Shown here in pieces: positions 18,931 through 28,919 of a DNA stretch of 64,000 nt. Each line of letters starts with the position of its first letter. Within the stretch, counting starts at the first letter, position 1. The notes beneath the pieces are model-generated. The model was not told where the DNA came from and ran no database searches. It saw only the letters and a list, made by a program, of their open reading frames with translations. Both the position numbers and the translations under genes were made by a program. Origin of the DNA: a virus; the IMG/VR virus record IMGVR_UViG_3300044858_003017; one strand, given 5' to 3'.

Positions 18931-21429
18931 CTACTGCGTAAATGTCGCACCTGTTGATTGAATATTGAAATCTAAAACAATAAATTCTGCAGTTCTGGTT
19001 GGTTGCAAAAATAATTGTCCGTATAAAATATTTCTATCAATTAAATCTGGTGTATTATTTGAAGCATCCATTACTACACGGAAAACTGACAATCCTTGTT
19101 GTGCTCTTACTTGTTCTAAATAAGGATTAACAATTGCCAAGAATCTGTCTCGTGTCTGCGATGTATTTTGTTCAAATACCAAATAACGAGTTGATGATGC
19201 AATAAATTTCTTGATTGTAATCAATAATCGACGTACATTTACTCGGTCTAATGCACTTGGAAGAGACTGTAGTGTCTTTTGACCCCAAATCACTATACCT
19301 TCGTTAGGGAAGTTCGCAATAGGATTAACGCGAGCTTCATACAATGTATCTCGATCTGCTTGTGCTAAAGATTGATATGTATCAATTACAGAATTTAAAC
19401 TACCACGATTCAAACCAGCTGGTGCATACCATGGAGCTGCAACTGCATCATTGAATGCCAATGCGCCTGGAACAACAACTGAAGGTGGTACCCAAATTGG
19501 AACATTCTTGCTAGGATTAACAATTCGCACCCATGGCCAATATGTTGCAGTATAATTATCATCAATATTTTGTACTTGTGATGTTACGGTTGATATTGAA
19601 TCAGTTAATGCATTTGAATCCATTACATAGAATGTATCTTGACGAGTTGTAGCCAAATCTCTAGCTGCAGTTGTCACCGCAGAATGCAAACTATCAATAA
19701 CACCTGGGGTAAGCAACATATTAACATCATAATAATCTGTATTGCTTAACAATGTAAATGCTTTATTATAAGCTTTCGTACCCGTACTAGTTGAAGTTGA
19801 ACAATCAAATCCAAATGTATTTGTAGAAGCAATATTGATTCCAGAATATTTAGGTAAATTTGGACGAGTACCATCAAATCCGCCTTGGAATGGCATAATG
19901 AATTTTCTAGTAGTTAAAGCAACATTAGTTGTAAATGTAGACCCCGTCAATGCTGCTTGCAATGAACCACTATATGCAGCGGTTAATGAAGGAAATCCTG
20001 CTTGTCCATCTTGATTTACATCACCTAAATAAAAATCTGAATTGCTACCAGTATTTGAACCTGATGTTGGAATTGGAGCTAAATAATTAATATTGTTTTG
20101 TGCGGTAAAATCAAATCCTAAATAATTCTTTGAACTATATTCAGATGCAACAACTTGCGATGTTTTATATGTTGCTGCAGATAAATTCAATGTACCAGAT
20201 ACCATCGGTATTGGTGAATTAACAGCACGGAATCCAAATGGTACCAATGTTTTATCAATAGTTGAATTTGAAACTGCATCTGCTACTTCAACTCGAATAT
20301 ATTGTGAATTATTTGAATAATCGCCATTTACAAAAAGTTGTCCATTGTCATTTACTGTTTGATATCGATCTCCAATTATTCTTGCAATATATCTAGATGA
20401 ATTTGGATTCAAATTGACATTAGTAAATGTTTCTACAACATCAGGAACTTTGTCGGTATCTTGAGATGAATATGGAGAATTTGGAATACCTGGTGTAGGT
20501 GATAATGAATTTACTCTACGAATTTCTACTGTAAAGGCTCCATATCCTGCAGGATCGCCTGTTTCGGTTGATAATCTAACATCTCGGATACCAATCTTTG
20601 TTTCATAATTTACTGATGTGCCATGTGACAATGTATGAAACTTAAATAAATTTTTAGTAAGCGAACCAATTTTTTGCGATGTTACCCACGGCGTTGATGC
20701 TACATTGTAATCTTGTAAAAATTCATAATTTGAAATTTTTTCTAATGATATTGTAACATTGGCTAAATTTGCAAACAATGATGATGCAGCAAGATTTTCA
20801 TATTGCACGTATACTGGATAATCTGTTGATTTAGGAGATGTTCCAAATACTTTTGAAATATAATTGTTTGCTGTAGATACAATTGATGCTGATATTGGAG
20901 TTGTTTCACTTACTAAGAATGAACCACCAAATCCAATTGCACTTGCGTCATTACCAGTTGCGACTGCATATGAACCAGAAACTGTAATTGCAAATGACCC
21001 CGAAGTACTAGATGCTATTACTGAATCTTCGAATAGATTGGTTGCACCCGTTGTAGTTACTGCTTGAACTGGATGTAATATGTGTGTTACAACTTTTGTT
21101 GAACCTGATTGTGCAACAACTGCCAATCCACCATTAGTTAATTTATATCCATCTTCATACAATAAACGTGTTACGGTAATTACGTTACCATTACGTAAAT
21201 AATCTTGAACTACATATGGAACGTATGAATCATCCGTAAATGATCCAAATTGTGCCGTAAACTGTCCAAATGATGTGATTTGTGTAGGAACTAAAGCAGG
21301 CCCTTTTGTTGTTGGTCCTACAATTGCTGCTCCTATTTGCGCAATAGCTCCAGGTAAAAACGATTGATCAATTTCATTCGTAAATACACCAGGAGAAACT
21401 ATTCCAGCGCCTATTTGTCTTTCTGCCAT
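18931..21429 (-). CDS. Tail sheath protein (gp18-like)
   Basis: SPGVFTNEID, GPTTKGP, YWPW, PWYAPAG, WGQKTL, RVNVRRL, FEQN, AEFI. Confidence 0.95.
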   Translation of the reverse strand: MAERQIGAGIVSPGVFTNEIDQSFLPGAIAQIGAAIVGPTTKGPALVPTQITSFGQFTAQFGSFTDDSYVPYVVQDYLRNGNVITVTRLLYEDGYKLTNGGLAVVAQSGSTKVVTHILHPVQAVTTTGATNLFEDSVIASSTSGSFAITVSGSYAVATGNDASAIGFGGSFLVSETTPISASIVSTANNYISKVFGTSPKSTDYPVYVQYENLAASSLFANLANVTISLEKISNYEFLQDYNVASTPWVTSQKIGSLTKNLFKFHTLSHGTSVNYETKIGIRDVRLSTETGDPAGYGAFTVEIRRVNSLSPTPGIPNSPYSSQDTDKVPDVVETFTNVNLNPNSSRYIARIIGDRYQTVNDNGQLFVNGDYSNNSQYIRVEVADAVSNSTIDKTLVPFGFRAVNSPIPMVSGTLNLSAATYKTSQVVASEYSSKNYLGFDFTAQNNINYLAPIPTSGSNTGSNSDFYLGDVNQDGQAGFPSLTAAYSGSLQAALTGSTFTTNVALTTRKFIMPFQGGFDGTRPNLPKYSGINIASTNTFGFDCSTSTSTGTKAYNKAFTLLSNTDYYDVNMLLTPGVIDSLHSAVTTAARDLATTRQDTFYVMDSNALTDSISTVTSQVQNIDDNYTATYWPWVRIVNPSKNVPIWVPPSVVVPGALAFNDAVAAPWYAPAGLNRGSLNSVIDTYQSLAQADRDTLYEARVNPIANFPNEGIVIWGQKTLQSLPSALDRVNVRRLLITIKKFIASSTRYLVFEQNTSQTRDRFLAIVNPYLEQVRAQQGLSVFRVVMDASNNTPDLIDRNILYGQLFLQPTRTAEFIVLDFNIQSTGATFTQ

Positions 21430-21451
21430 TTATACTCCTATGATTTTTTTT

Positions 21452-21459
21452 ATAAATAT
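21452..21459 (-). promoter_or_regulatory. Representative late-promoter motif ATATTTAT (upstream of the sheath); 22 similarly placed copies
   Basis: plus-strand ATAAATAT starts at 79, 852, 2806, 7300, 8986, 17262, 18262, 18871, 21452, 25186, 27522, 28565, 31912, 32890, 35930, 39434, 41310, 45154, 47230, 49995, 57017, 58922, each just upstream of a minus-strand start. Confidence 0.8.
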
Positions 21460-21478
21460 GAATCCGCGAACTCAAACC

Positions 21479-21748
21479 TTATGCGGTTGGAGTAAATGTT
21501 CCAGATTGAATATTGATTTCGCCTTCGCCGTAACGTTCGCGCATTTTGTCTAATAATTCTGATTCTTGTTTACGCAAATTATAAAATGTATTCATGCAAC
21601 GAGTTTGTTCGTTTTGTAACATTTCTAATCGTTGTTGCGTTATGGTAATTTCAATTGCTAAGTTTCCTAATTCTAAAGCATTGCTATTATAAGAATTTCG
21701 CAACTCCATAATTTCATCTAAATGCTCTTTATCTAGTTTTCGAGTCAT
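21479..21748 (-). CDS. Small coiled-coil protein
   Basis: heptad helix ending RYGEGEINIQSGTF; own promoter and SD. Confidence 0.75.
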   Translation of the reverse strand: MTRKLDKEHLDEIMELRNSYNSNALELGNLAIEITITQQRLEMLQNEQTRCMNTFYNLRKQESELLDKMRERYGEGEINIQSGTFTPTA

Positions 21749-21765
21749 GGTAACCTTTTCTTGAT

Positions 21766-21794
21766 ATTATAATGAAAATGTTTCATTTATCCAA
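21766..21794 (-). promoter_or_regulatory. Sigma70-like promoter TTGGAT-N17-TATAAT
   Basis: near-consensus spacing and -10. Confidence 0.7.
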
Positions 21795-22029
21795 GCATTT
21801 CAGTTTTAGATATATCAATTGAAATTGCATCTACGGAAAGTATGTCTCCTTCTATAGTAAAATCTTCTCGTTTAGTAAGTGAAGTACCGCCAGGTACATT
21901 GGATACATCAATGTTTAATCCATAACATGCATCATCAACATACACGTTAATGATTAAATCAAATCCATCAACCGTGTCAATGGCAGTTATTCGTTTACCG
22001 AATATAAATTGTTTTAGTGTTAGTTTCAT
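21787..22029 (-). CDS. Hypothetical protein (possible fibre accessory)
   Basis: 80-aa ORF following the beta-propeller gene. Confidence 0.6.
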   Translation of the reverse strand: MKLTLKQFIFGKRITAIDTVDGFDLIINVYVDDACYGLNIDVSNVPGGTSLTKREDFTIEGDILSVDAISIDISKTEMLG

Positions 22030-22035
22030 GGGGTT

Positions 22036-24336
22036 TTATGTTATTAAGTTTATAATTGAAGATACAGCGGCATTAAATCCTGTACCTGTTCCATTAAATA
22101 CAACAGATCCTTGATTGAATGTGCTATCATATGCTGCCAATTGGTTCATTTTTACAATATTTCCAACTGCGTTACCATTGTATGTTGTACTTTGATTTCC
22201 AACATATATGTTATTGTTTTTATCCGTACTCAATGCTTGGACATATGCTGGACTTAATGGGTTTAGGTTAAATCCGGTAGTGGGTGCAAATGTTGTATCT
22301 TTTGTTCCGTTAGGAGTTAGTTTTATAATGCGCGGAGATGCAGATCCTGAATAAGTAGTAAATGATCCATATGCTATAATAGAATCATCTGCTAAAACTT
22401 TCAATGCTACGATACCATTTGCACCGAATCCCGTTCCAATGTTAAATGTAGTGTCCTTAGTGCCGTCAGTGTTTATTCGAACTATGTAGTTATTCGTTGA
22501 GCCTGAGTATATGCTGAAATTTCCGCCAACAATAATTTTTCCTGTGGATTGTATTCCAATTGCAAATACGGAGGTAGTGTTAAAGCCGCTTCCCATATTA
22601 AATGTGATGTCCTTAGTTCCATCAGTGTTTATTCTAACAATGCCGGCGTTTGAACTACCTGAATATGCTGTGGTCGCTCCTATTGCTATGATTTTTCCAT
22701 CGGATTGGAGAGCTAGTTGATAGATGTTTCCAGTACTTCCTAGACCTACATTAAATGTAGTGTCTTTAGTACCGTTAGTGTTGATGCGCACAATGCCACT
22801 ATTTGTTGAACCCGAATATGTTGTAAATGTACCTGCAGCAATAATTTTTCCATCGGGTTGAACTTTCATATCATATGCAGACCCATTAAGCCCCGTACCA
22901 GAAATAAATGTAGTATCTCTAGTACCATTGGTGTTTATTCTAGCAATTCGCACACTGCTAGAGCCGCTATATGATGTAAATGAAGGACCTGAAATAAGAA
23001 GTTTTCCATCAGATTGCGTTACCATGGAAGTAACATTATTGCCAGGTCCGATACCCACGTTAAACGTAGTATCTACAGCACCGGTATTGTCTAATTTTAC
23101 AAGATAGTTAATTGGTGGAGCTTGATATGTTGTATAATCTCCACCCATGTAGATATTGCTACCAGATATTAATACAGCTCGTACGGTTCCATTAAACCCT
23201 GCACTAGACTGTCCATTAAATGCAATGCTTCCGGAAATAAACGTACTGTCTATGGCTCCGCTAGGTGTTGTTTTTATAAAACGATTAACTGTAGATCCAC
23301 TATATGTTGTAAAGGTACCTCCGAGATAAACATTTCCTGAGTTGTCTAAAGAAAATACATTTAAGACGCCAGCTGATGTACTACTAATTCCATTGCCTAC
23401 AACATATGACGTATCGACTTGCCCGTTAGATAATACTCGAGCAAGACTAACTCTAGTACTACCACTTACTGATGTAAATGCACCATTTATTAGAATTTTT
23501 TGATCGGGTTGTATTTTTACAGCATATACCAAGCTGTTAATTGTTCCAGGATTAAATGTAGTATCTACGCTACCATTATCGTTTAATCTCGTAAGTCGTG
23601 TTACTGTGGACCCACTATATGTTGTTGCTCCATGTCCTACAACTATTTTACCATCCGATTGAATATCTATTGAATATACTGTAAAGTTAGTAAGAAATCC
23701 AGCACCGGTATTGTATGTAGTATCTCGAGTTCCGTCAGTATTAATACGCAAACTACCCGTTCCTATTAACGAACCCGAGTATTGTGTTATTGTTGTACCC
23801 CCTACTAGTATTTTACCGTCACTTTGAATAGCTACGCAATTTGCAGTATTATTAAGTCCCGTACCTATATTAAATGTAGTATCATATGTTCCATCGGTGT
23901 TTAGTCGAACTATTCTATTTCTAATTGATCCAGAGTAAGTTGTAAAGGCTCCAACTGCTATGATTTTTCCATCAGATTGTACTCTCATATCATTTACTGC
24001 TGCGCCAAATCCAACTCCCGTATTAAATGTAGTATCTCGCGTACCGTTGGTGTTTACTCTAACCATGTTACCTACGGTTGATCCGCTGTATGAACTAAAA
24101 CTCCCACCGAGTAATAGTTTACCATCGGATTGGGTAACCATGCAGTTTACAGTGGAGGAAGGTCCGGTGCCCATATTAAATGTAGTATCAATAGAACCAG
24201 ATAAATCGGTTCGAATAAGTCGACTGTAAATTGGTTGACGATATGTTGTAAAATTACCGGCTACATATAGGTAATCCAACAGAGCCGGTGTGATTCCAGG
24301 TATAAATTGTTGTATAAATGCAAAAGGTGTAAACAT
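22036..24336 (-). CDS. Delta-60-repeat beta-propeller protein (about 14 blades), putative adhesin/receptor-binding protein
   Basis: repeated QSDGKI..GxFTTYSGS...RINTDGTxDTTF units. Confidence 0.85.
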   Translation of the reverse strand: MFTPFAFIQQFIPGITPALLDYLYVAGNFTTYRQPIYSRLIRTDLSGSIDTTFNMGTGPSSTVNCMVTQSDGKLLLGGSFSSYSGSTVGNMVRVNTNGTRDTTFNTGVGFGAAVNDMRVQSDGKIIAVGAFTTYSGSIRNRIVRLNTDGTYDTTFNIGTGLNNTANCVAIQSDGKILVGGTTITQYSGSLIGTGSLRINTDGTRDTTYNTGAGFLTNFTVYSIDIQSDGKIVVGHGATTYSGSTVTRLTRLNDNGSVDTTFNPGTINSLVYAVKIQPDQKILINGAFTSVSGSTRVSLARVLSNGQVDTSYVVGNGISSTSAGVLNVFSLDNSGNVYLGGTFTTYSGSTVNRFIKTTPSGAIDSTFISGSIAFNGQSSAGFNGTVRAVLISGSNIYMGGDYTTYQAPPINYLVKLDNTGAVDTTFNVGIGPGNNVTSMVTQSDGKLLISGPSFTSYSGSSSVRIARINTNGTRDTTFISGTGLNGSAYDMKVQPDGKIIAAGTFTTYSGSTNSGIVRINTNGTKDTTFNVGLGSTGNIYQLALQSDGKIIAIGATTAYSGSSNAGIVRINTDGTKDITFNMGSGFNTTSVFAIGIQSTGKIIVGGNFSIYSGSTNNYIVRINTDGTKDTTFNIGTGFGANGIVALKVLADDSIIAYGSFTTYSGSASPRIIKLTPNGTKDTTFAPTTGFNLNPLSPAYVQALSTDKNNNIYVGNQSTTYNGNAVGNIVKMNQLAAYDSTFNQGSVVFNGTGTGFNAAVSSIINLIT

Positions 24337-24339
24337 AAC

Positions 24340-25173
24340 TTATATCATATTTCTTACGGAACTTACATAAACATTGGTTGAATCAAATGCAATCATTGTT
24401 ACTATGTCAATGGCATTTGCTGCAGCCGTACCTGTATATAAAGAACCAGATGGTTGTTTTACTAAAGAAGGAAATGTAACTGTTCCTGTACCTAAAGATC
24501 CTTGTGTTACTAATATGTTAACGGTTTGACCCGGGTTTATGTTTGTTGGATTAATATTTGTTCCCGTACCATTCGCTAATGTTAGTGTGAAAAAATTGTT
24601 TGTCGATAAATTAACAGATGCAGTATTTCCAGAAATGGATAATGGTAAAACTTGTCCTCGCAATGACCCGGTAATCTCAGTAGCACTATTAATTGATACT
24701 ATGGTACCGGTATCTGTAATATTAGAGCTAGTTATATGTTCTCCTAAATCTCCACTAGAACCTTTAGTTATTCGATTTGTCTCAATAGTAATTTCATTGC
24801 CAATGTTGTTAAATGTTTGCGGTCCCATTATCAAAACGGAACTAGTTGTGGGACCGCCGTTGGTTTCGTGCACAAATATCCATTGATTGTTTTGCGAATC
24901 AAAAAGCAATGATCCTGATCTAAATGGAGTTGATCCAGAATCAACTACCTCAATACCACCATATCGTAATGGGGTGGTTGTATTAAGTTTAATAACATTG
25001 GTACTAACATTGAATTGTGATGATGTTATGTATTGTATAGATGAGGTAACGGCATTTAAACTAGTTACATTTAATGTTCCATTAATGGTAAGATCTTGTG
25101 TAAGTGTTGGACCTACATATGATGCAGTTGCAGCTGTAAGTTTTAAACCATTTATTTGACTTATATTTGCCAT
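24340..25173 (-). CDS. Fibre/adaptor protein
   Basis: Ser/Thr/Gly-rich; GGIEVVDSGS...LLFDS...W; C-terminal beta-sandwich-like segment. Confidence 0.65.
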   Translation of the reverse strand: MANISQINGLKLTAATASYVGPTLTQDLTINGTLNVTSLNAVTSSIQYITSSQFNVSTNVIKLNTTTPLRYGGIEVVDSGSTPFRSGSLLFDSQNNQWIFVHETNGGPTTSSVLIMGPQTFNNIGNEITIETNRITKGSSGDLGEHITSSNITDTGTIVSINSATEITGSLRGQVLPLSISGNTASVNLSTNNFFTLTLANGTGTNINPTNINPGQTVNILVTQGSLGTGTVTFPSLVKQPSGSLYTGTAAANAIDIVTMIAFDSTNVYVSSVRNMI

Positions 25174-25200
25174 AGGATCTTTTTAATAAATATAAACCGT

Positions 25201-27438
25201 TTATATTACGTACCATTCATTAGATGGTCTAAATTTCATTACCCAATATTCAGGAGTACCTGTGTTTTGATAATAAGCATGGCCTAAAATTCTAACATAT
25301 TGTCCGGCAGTTGTAGGTACATTTGTTGACATTGTATTTCCTGCACTTTCTCTAATATATATTGGTAATCCATGGTCGATAAGTTGAACCGAAGGTGTAT
25401 CAGTATACGTACCATCATTTACTGTAATCGATCCTTCTAATATTATTCTAGCTCCGCCGCCCGTCGAGGCACATATACCTAAAAGTTTAGAACAGTCTGC
25501 AGTTGCTTGGGTAACAGGATGCCATTTTCCGTCTGTTTCCAAATATACTAAATCAAATAGAGCCGCTGCCCCATCTAACTGTCCTGTTATTACTTCTCCT
25601 TCATAGTTAAATGTCGTTGCAGGTACATCTGAAAATGATTCTTGGGTGTTTGACCCAATAGATTTTCTTAGATACGTAGAAGCGTCTATTTTGTAGTTAT
25701 TAGTAATAGCATCCCAACTTAAAACATCAAATCCACTTTGATCAGCTAATAACCTACTACTCCAATCAATTGAATAATTAGTACCACTTGTATCATATGC
25801 TAGTCTATTTGCCCAGTCTATACTTTGAACTGATGTAGCGTCATATAATAACCTACTACCCCAAGCAATTGAATTAGCGGTACCTGTTGCATCAAATAAA
25901 GTCCTTCCACTCCAATTGACAGCAAATATACCCATATCATCAAATAACGTTCTACCATCAGCATCAAAGCTGCTAGTACCCATTACATCGTATATAGCTC
26001 TAGAAAAATTACCTATAGATATGGCATTAACATAATTTAATCCATCAAATGTTTGAGTTGTAAATGAACCAGTTACTCCCAATGAACCTGAAATTTGCGC
26101 ATCACCATTGTATGGGAATGCAGGTGTACTTGGAGCATATGAAGCACTTAAAGCATTAGTTGCATAAGAAGCAGTTCCAAGTAAGCTTCCCGTAAATGAA
26201 GTTGAATTTATTGATGTTAATCCCGTTAATGATGTTGCAGTGTCGCCTAAATCTATATTAGTCGATCCAATTGTGATGCTACTATTTGCTAACTGTGCAT
26301 TTAATATACCTGCAGTTGCTGATAAATTAGATGTTGTTAATCCGGTAATAGTTCCGCCTAATACGATTGTGCCTGCACCGGTAATCGGGCCGCCCGTTAA
26401 AGTAATTCCAGATACAGAACCTGACGTATCTACTGATGTTACTGTTCCTCCGCCGGCTGCTAAATTGGTTGAAGCGCCGCCGCCACCTGTTGATATATCT
26501 AAATAAAATCCTCGAGCAGTACCCCCTTGTTCAAAAAATCTAAGTCTATTTTGAAATACATCAACTGTTACACCACTACCTGTAAGAGATGTGTTAGTAG
26601 CAGCTTTTCCTAATAGAATTTCTCCACCCTCATCACCGACACCATAAAGTACGCTTAATGTTTGACCATTAAATGTTAAATTACCTTCGCCATTTAGTGT
26701 TCCGTTGCCATTAGCAGTTATTACTTGAGTATCTACGTCATTTGCAATAGCAGGTGCTATGTTTGCAGCTGTTGATGCAAATGATGAGCTTATTACATTT
26801 TGTATTGAAGATGTTGCAATTGGAATTGCTACGCCATTACTATTTCCAACCCAAGTAAAGCCTTGTTGTATGTTTGGAACTTCATTGTAATATGCTGGAC
26901 CGTTAATTACACCTGATCCGTTCGATGCATGAGACTTTTCAACATTGCCTAATTTTTGTATTAATACTCCAGATCCAGTTGGTCGAACATTTGTATATCC
27001 TCCACCTCCTGCAACATATATTGAATCGCCTGCTGCAAATGCAGATGTATTAACGTTGCCGATATATCCATTAATGAGACCAACACCTTCTGCGCCAGCT
27101 ATTAATGTTTCTCCTGCAATTACACCTGCCGGCATTCGAGTTGGATCTGCAGCATCTGCTGGCCAAACTCCTGCAAGATTTCCAGATGTACCTGATCCCG
27201 TAATATAGCATGGGGTTCCTTTTGCAATAGTTATGCCAGAAACGTTTTTTATTACTATTGCAGTATTTTCTACAGGAGCAAATGAAAGATTACCAGCTCC
27301 ATCTGTTATAATTACTTGACCTACAGTGCCATCTATATCAGGATAGTTTAGTCCGCTAGCGGTAAAATTAGAAGTTACATTTAATGAATTTAACGCAGCA
27401 TCAGAGCCAGACGTTATGACTTTTTTCCATGAGGGCAT
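25201..27438 (-). CDS. Fibre protein with two decoration (DUF2190-like) segments and WxxRxLxD repeats
   Basis: MPSWKKVITSGS start; KGTPCYI...GDSIYV...QKLG; about seven 17-18-aa repeats. Confidence 0.65.
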   Translation of the reverse strand: MPSWKKVITSGSDAALNSLNVTSNFTASGLNYPDIDGTVGQVIITDGAGNLSFAPVENTAIVIKNVSGITIAKGTPCYITGSGTSGNLAGVWPADAADPTRMPAGVIAGETLIAGAEGVGLINGYIGNVNTSAFAAGDSIYVAGGGGYTNVRPTGSGVLIQKLGNVEKSHASNGSGVINGPAYYNEVPNIQQGFTWVGNSNGVAIPIATSSIQNVISSSFASTAANIAPAIANDVDTQVITANGNGTLNGEGNLTFNGQTLSVLYGVGDEGGEILLGKAATNTSLTGSGVTVDVFQNRLRFFEQGGTARGFYLDISTGGGGASTNLAAGGGTVTSVDTSGSVSGITLTGGPITGAGTIVLGGTITGLTTSNLSATAGILNAQLANSSITIGSTNIDLGDTATSLTGLTSINSTSFTGSLLGTASYATNALSASYAPSTPAFPYNGDAQISGSLGVTGSFTTQTFDGLNYVNAISIGNFSRAIYDVMGTSSFDADGRTLFDDMGIFAVNWSGRTLFDATGTANSIAWGSRLLYDATSVQSIDWANRLAYDTSGTNYSIDWSSRLLADQSGFDVLSWDAITNNYKIDASTYLRKSIGSNTQESFSDVPATTFNYEGEVITGQLDGAAALFDLVYLETDGKWHPVTQATADCSKLLGICASTGGGARIILEGSITVNDGTYTDTPSVQLIDHGLPIYIRESAGNTMSTNVPTTAGQYVRILGHAYYQNTGTPEYWVMKFRPSNEWYVI

Positions 27439-27453
27439 AGTATATTCCTTTCG

Positions 27454-27515
27454 TGTTGCGGTTGGTTACATACACTTATGCCGTGCGTGTGCCCACTTCC
27501 TTGCGGCCTACAACA
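27454..27515 (-). ncRNA. Candidate structured cis-regulatory RNA (three-way junction) in the fibre-gene 5' UTR
   Basis: GC-rich island; P1 UGUUGU(A)GG/CCGCAACA, P2 CC-GCAA-GG, P3 GG..CAC/GUG..CC; between the late motif and SD AAAGGA. Confidence 0.55.
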
Positions 27516-27528
27516 TTTATAATAAATA

Positions 27529-27705
27529 TCACTGTTTTAGATATTGCTCTTGTAGTTTCAATATGATGTTATAAAATGTTTCTACATGTTCTCCGCGGAT
27601 GGAAACATCTTTAAGTATTGTTAATAAAAATTCAATTTCTTGTTTTGTTAATTGAACGGTTGTTTCGGGGGCGGATTGTGATTTTAATTTGTCTAATATG
27701 CTCAT
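27529..27705 (-). CDS. 58-aa protein not in ORF track (MSILDKLKSQ...KLQEQYLKQ); possible fibre chaperone
   Basis: ATG at 27705, TGA at 27531-27529; fills the gap between two fibre genes. Confidence 0.75.
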   Translation of the reverse strand: MSILDKLKSQSAPETTVQLTKQEIEFLLTILKDVSIRGEHVETFYNIILKLQEQYLKQ

Positions 27706-27718
27706 AACTTATTTAATT

Positions 27719-28546
27719 TTATACGTAAATGAAAATGTCTCCGGTGTTTGTATCAACGTGTATCGTTCCTTGACCTGCACCAGATCCTCCATAGATTGGT
27801 GCTGCACTAGGAGCAACTGCACTAGTTTCTACCGCTCCAGCATATACTGCGGGAACAAAAGAATTACCTGTTGAATTAAATGATGAAGTAAACCCCCAAC
27901 GTGTTGTGCCACTATCATAACCATACAATTCGCCAATGTTTTGCGTACCTTGTTGTACTACAATACCACCATCGCCCGTTGTATTAGACCCCGATGCAAA
28001 CAATACAAAACGGTCGCCTACTAATAAATTTTGCGTGTTTTGAAATGATGCTGTACCTAATACAACTAAATTACCCGTTAATGTTAATCCAACAAATGTA
28101 GGAGAGTCTCCCGTTTCTAAACCTAAATCTATAGTTGATCCAGCAACGCCGTTATTTGTAAGAAGTGCTTGACCTTGTCCAGGACTTGATAATACAGATG
28201 ATGAAATTACCGTGCTACCCGCTAATATTTGTGCTTGTGTTACGGTACCACCTAACGCTGTTGCATTTCCAGCAATCGTTATGCTAGAATTGGTTAAACT
28301 TGCATTAGGAATTCCACCTAATGTAAACGTAATAGAATCAGCACCTGCATTACCTACAATGTTTAAACCTGCACCTGATGATGATGCAAATGTAAGCGTA
28401 TCTGCGGAGCTATCTGCTAATACGTCAATTCCATTAATTGACATCGTTGCGAACGATCGAACCGATGATGGTGTTAAATATCCAGCATCATTATTTAATT
28501 GTGATATGTTACTACCCGATACTACTACTTTTTTCCAAGTTGCCAT
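27719..28546 (-). CDS. Fibre protein
   Basis: MATWKKVVVSGS start paralogous to 25201..27438; ISQLNNDAGY; GGIVVQ. Confidence 0.65.
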   Translation of the reverse strand: MATWKKVVVSGSNISQLNNDAGYLTPSSVRSFATMSINGIDVLADSSADTLTFASSSGAGLNIVGNAGADSITFTLGGIPNASLTNSSITIAGNATALGGTVTQAQILAGSTVISSSVLSSPGQGQALLTNNGVAGSTIDLGLETGDSPTFVGLTLTGNLVVLGTASFQNTQNLLVGDRFVLFASGSNTTGDGGIVVQQGTQNIGELYGYDSGTTRWGFTSSFNSTGNSFVPAVYAGAVETSAVAPSAAPIYGGSGAGQGTIHVDTNTGDIFIYV

Positions 28547-28577
28547 TTATTTTCCTATTTTATTATAAATATATGCA

Positions 28578-28919
28578 TCAATCTAAACCTACAAAAAATG
28601 ATCCAGACGTAAAATATATTCCGCCATTTGGTGCTGTGCCTGTTAGTTCTGCACTTTGTGTTGCTACTACGACGACACCACTTTGTGATACTGTTAATAC
28701 GGGTTGATTGTTAAAATTTTTTATTAAAAATATATTGTTTACGTCACTTTTAATTTCCAATGATCCAGTTATAACTGCACTACCGGAAAATGGAAACGTG
28801 CCTCCGCCGCCGCCGCCGTTTAAAGCAAATGATGCAGTTAATGCATAACTAGAAGAAATATTAAATAAAGATCCGGTTTGTAATTGTCCGGGCTTAAACT
28901 GCCTTGCCATTATGCCCAT
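28578..28919 (-). CDS. Short fibre/neck-associated protein
   Basis: SSSYALTASFA, FPFSGSAVITGSL motifs shared with neighbouring fibres. Confidence 0.6.
   Translation of the reverse strand: MGIMARQFKPGQLQTGSLFNISSSYALTASFALNGGGGGGTFPFSGSAVITGSLEIKSDVNNIFLIKNFNNQPVLTVSQSGVVVVATQSAELTGTAPNGGIYFTSGSFFVGLD

Noticed and set aside
27454-27515. Leader RNA as a tRNA, terminator or hammerhead ribozyme
   Set aside because: No T-loop or cloverleaf, no U-tract, no CUGANGA core
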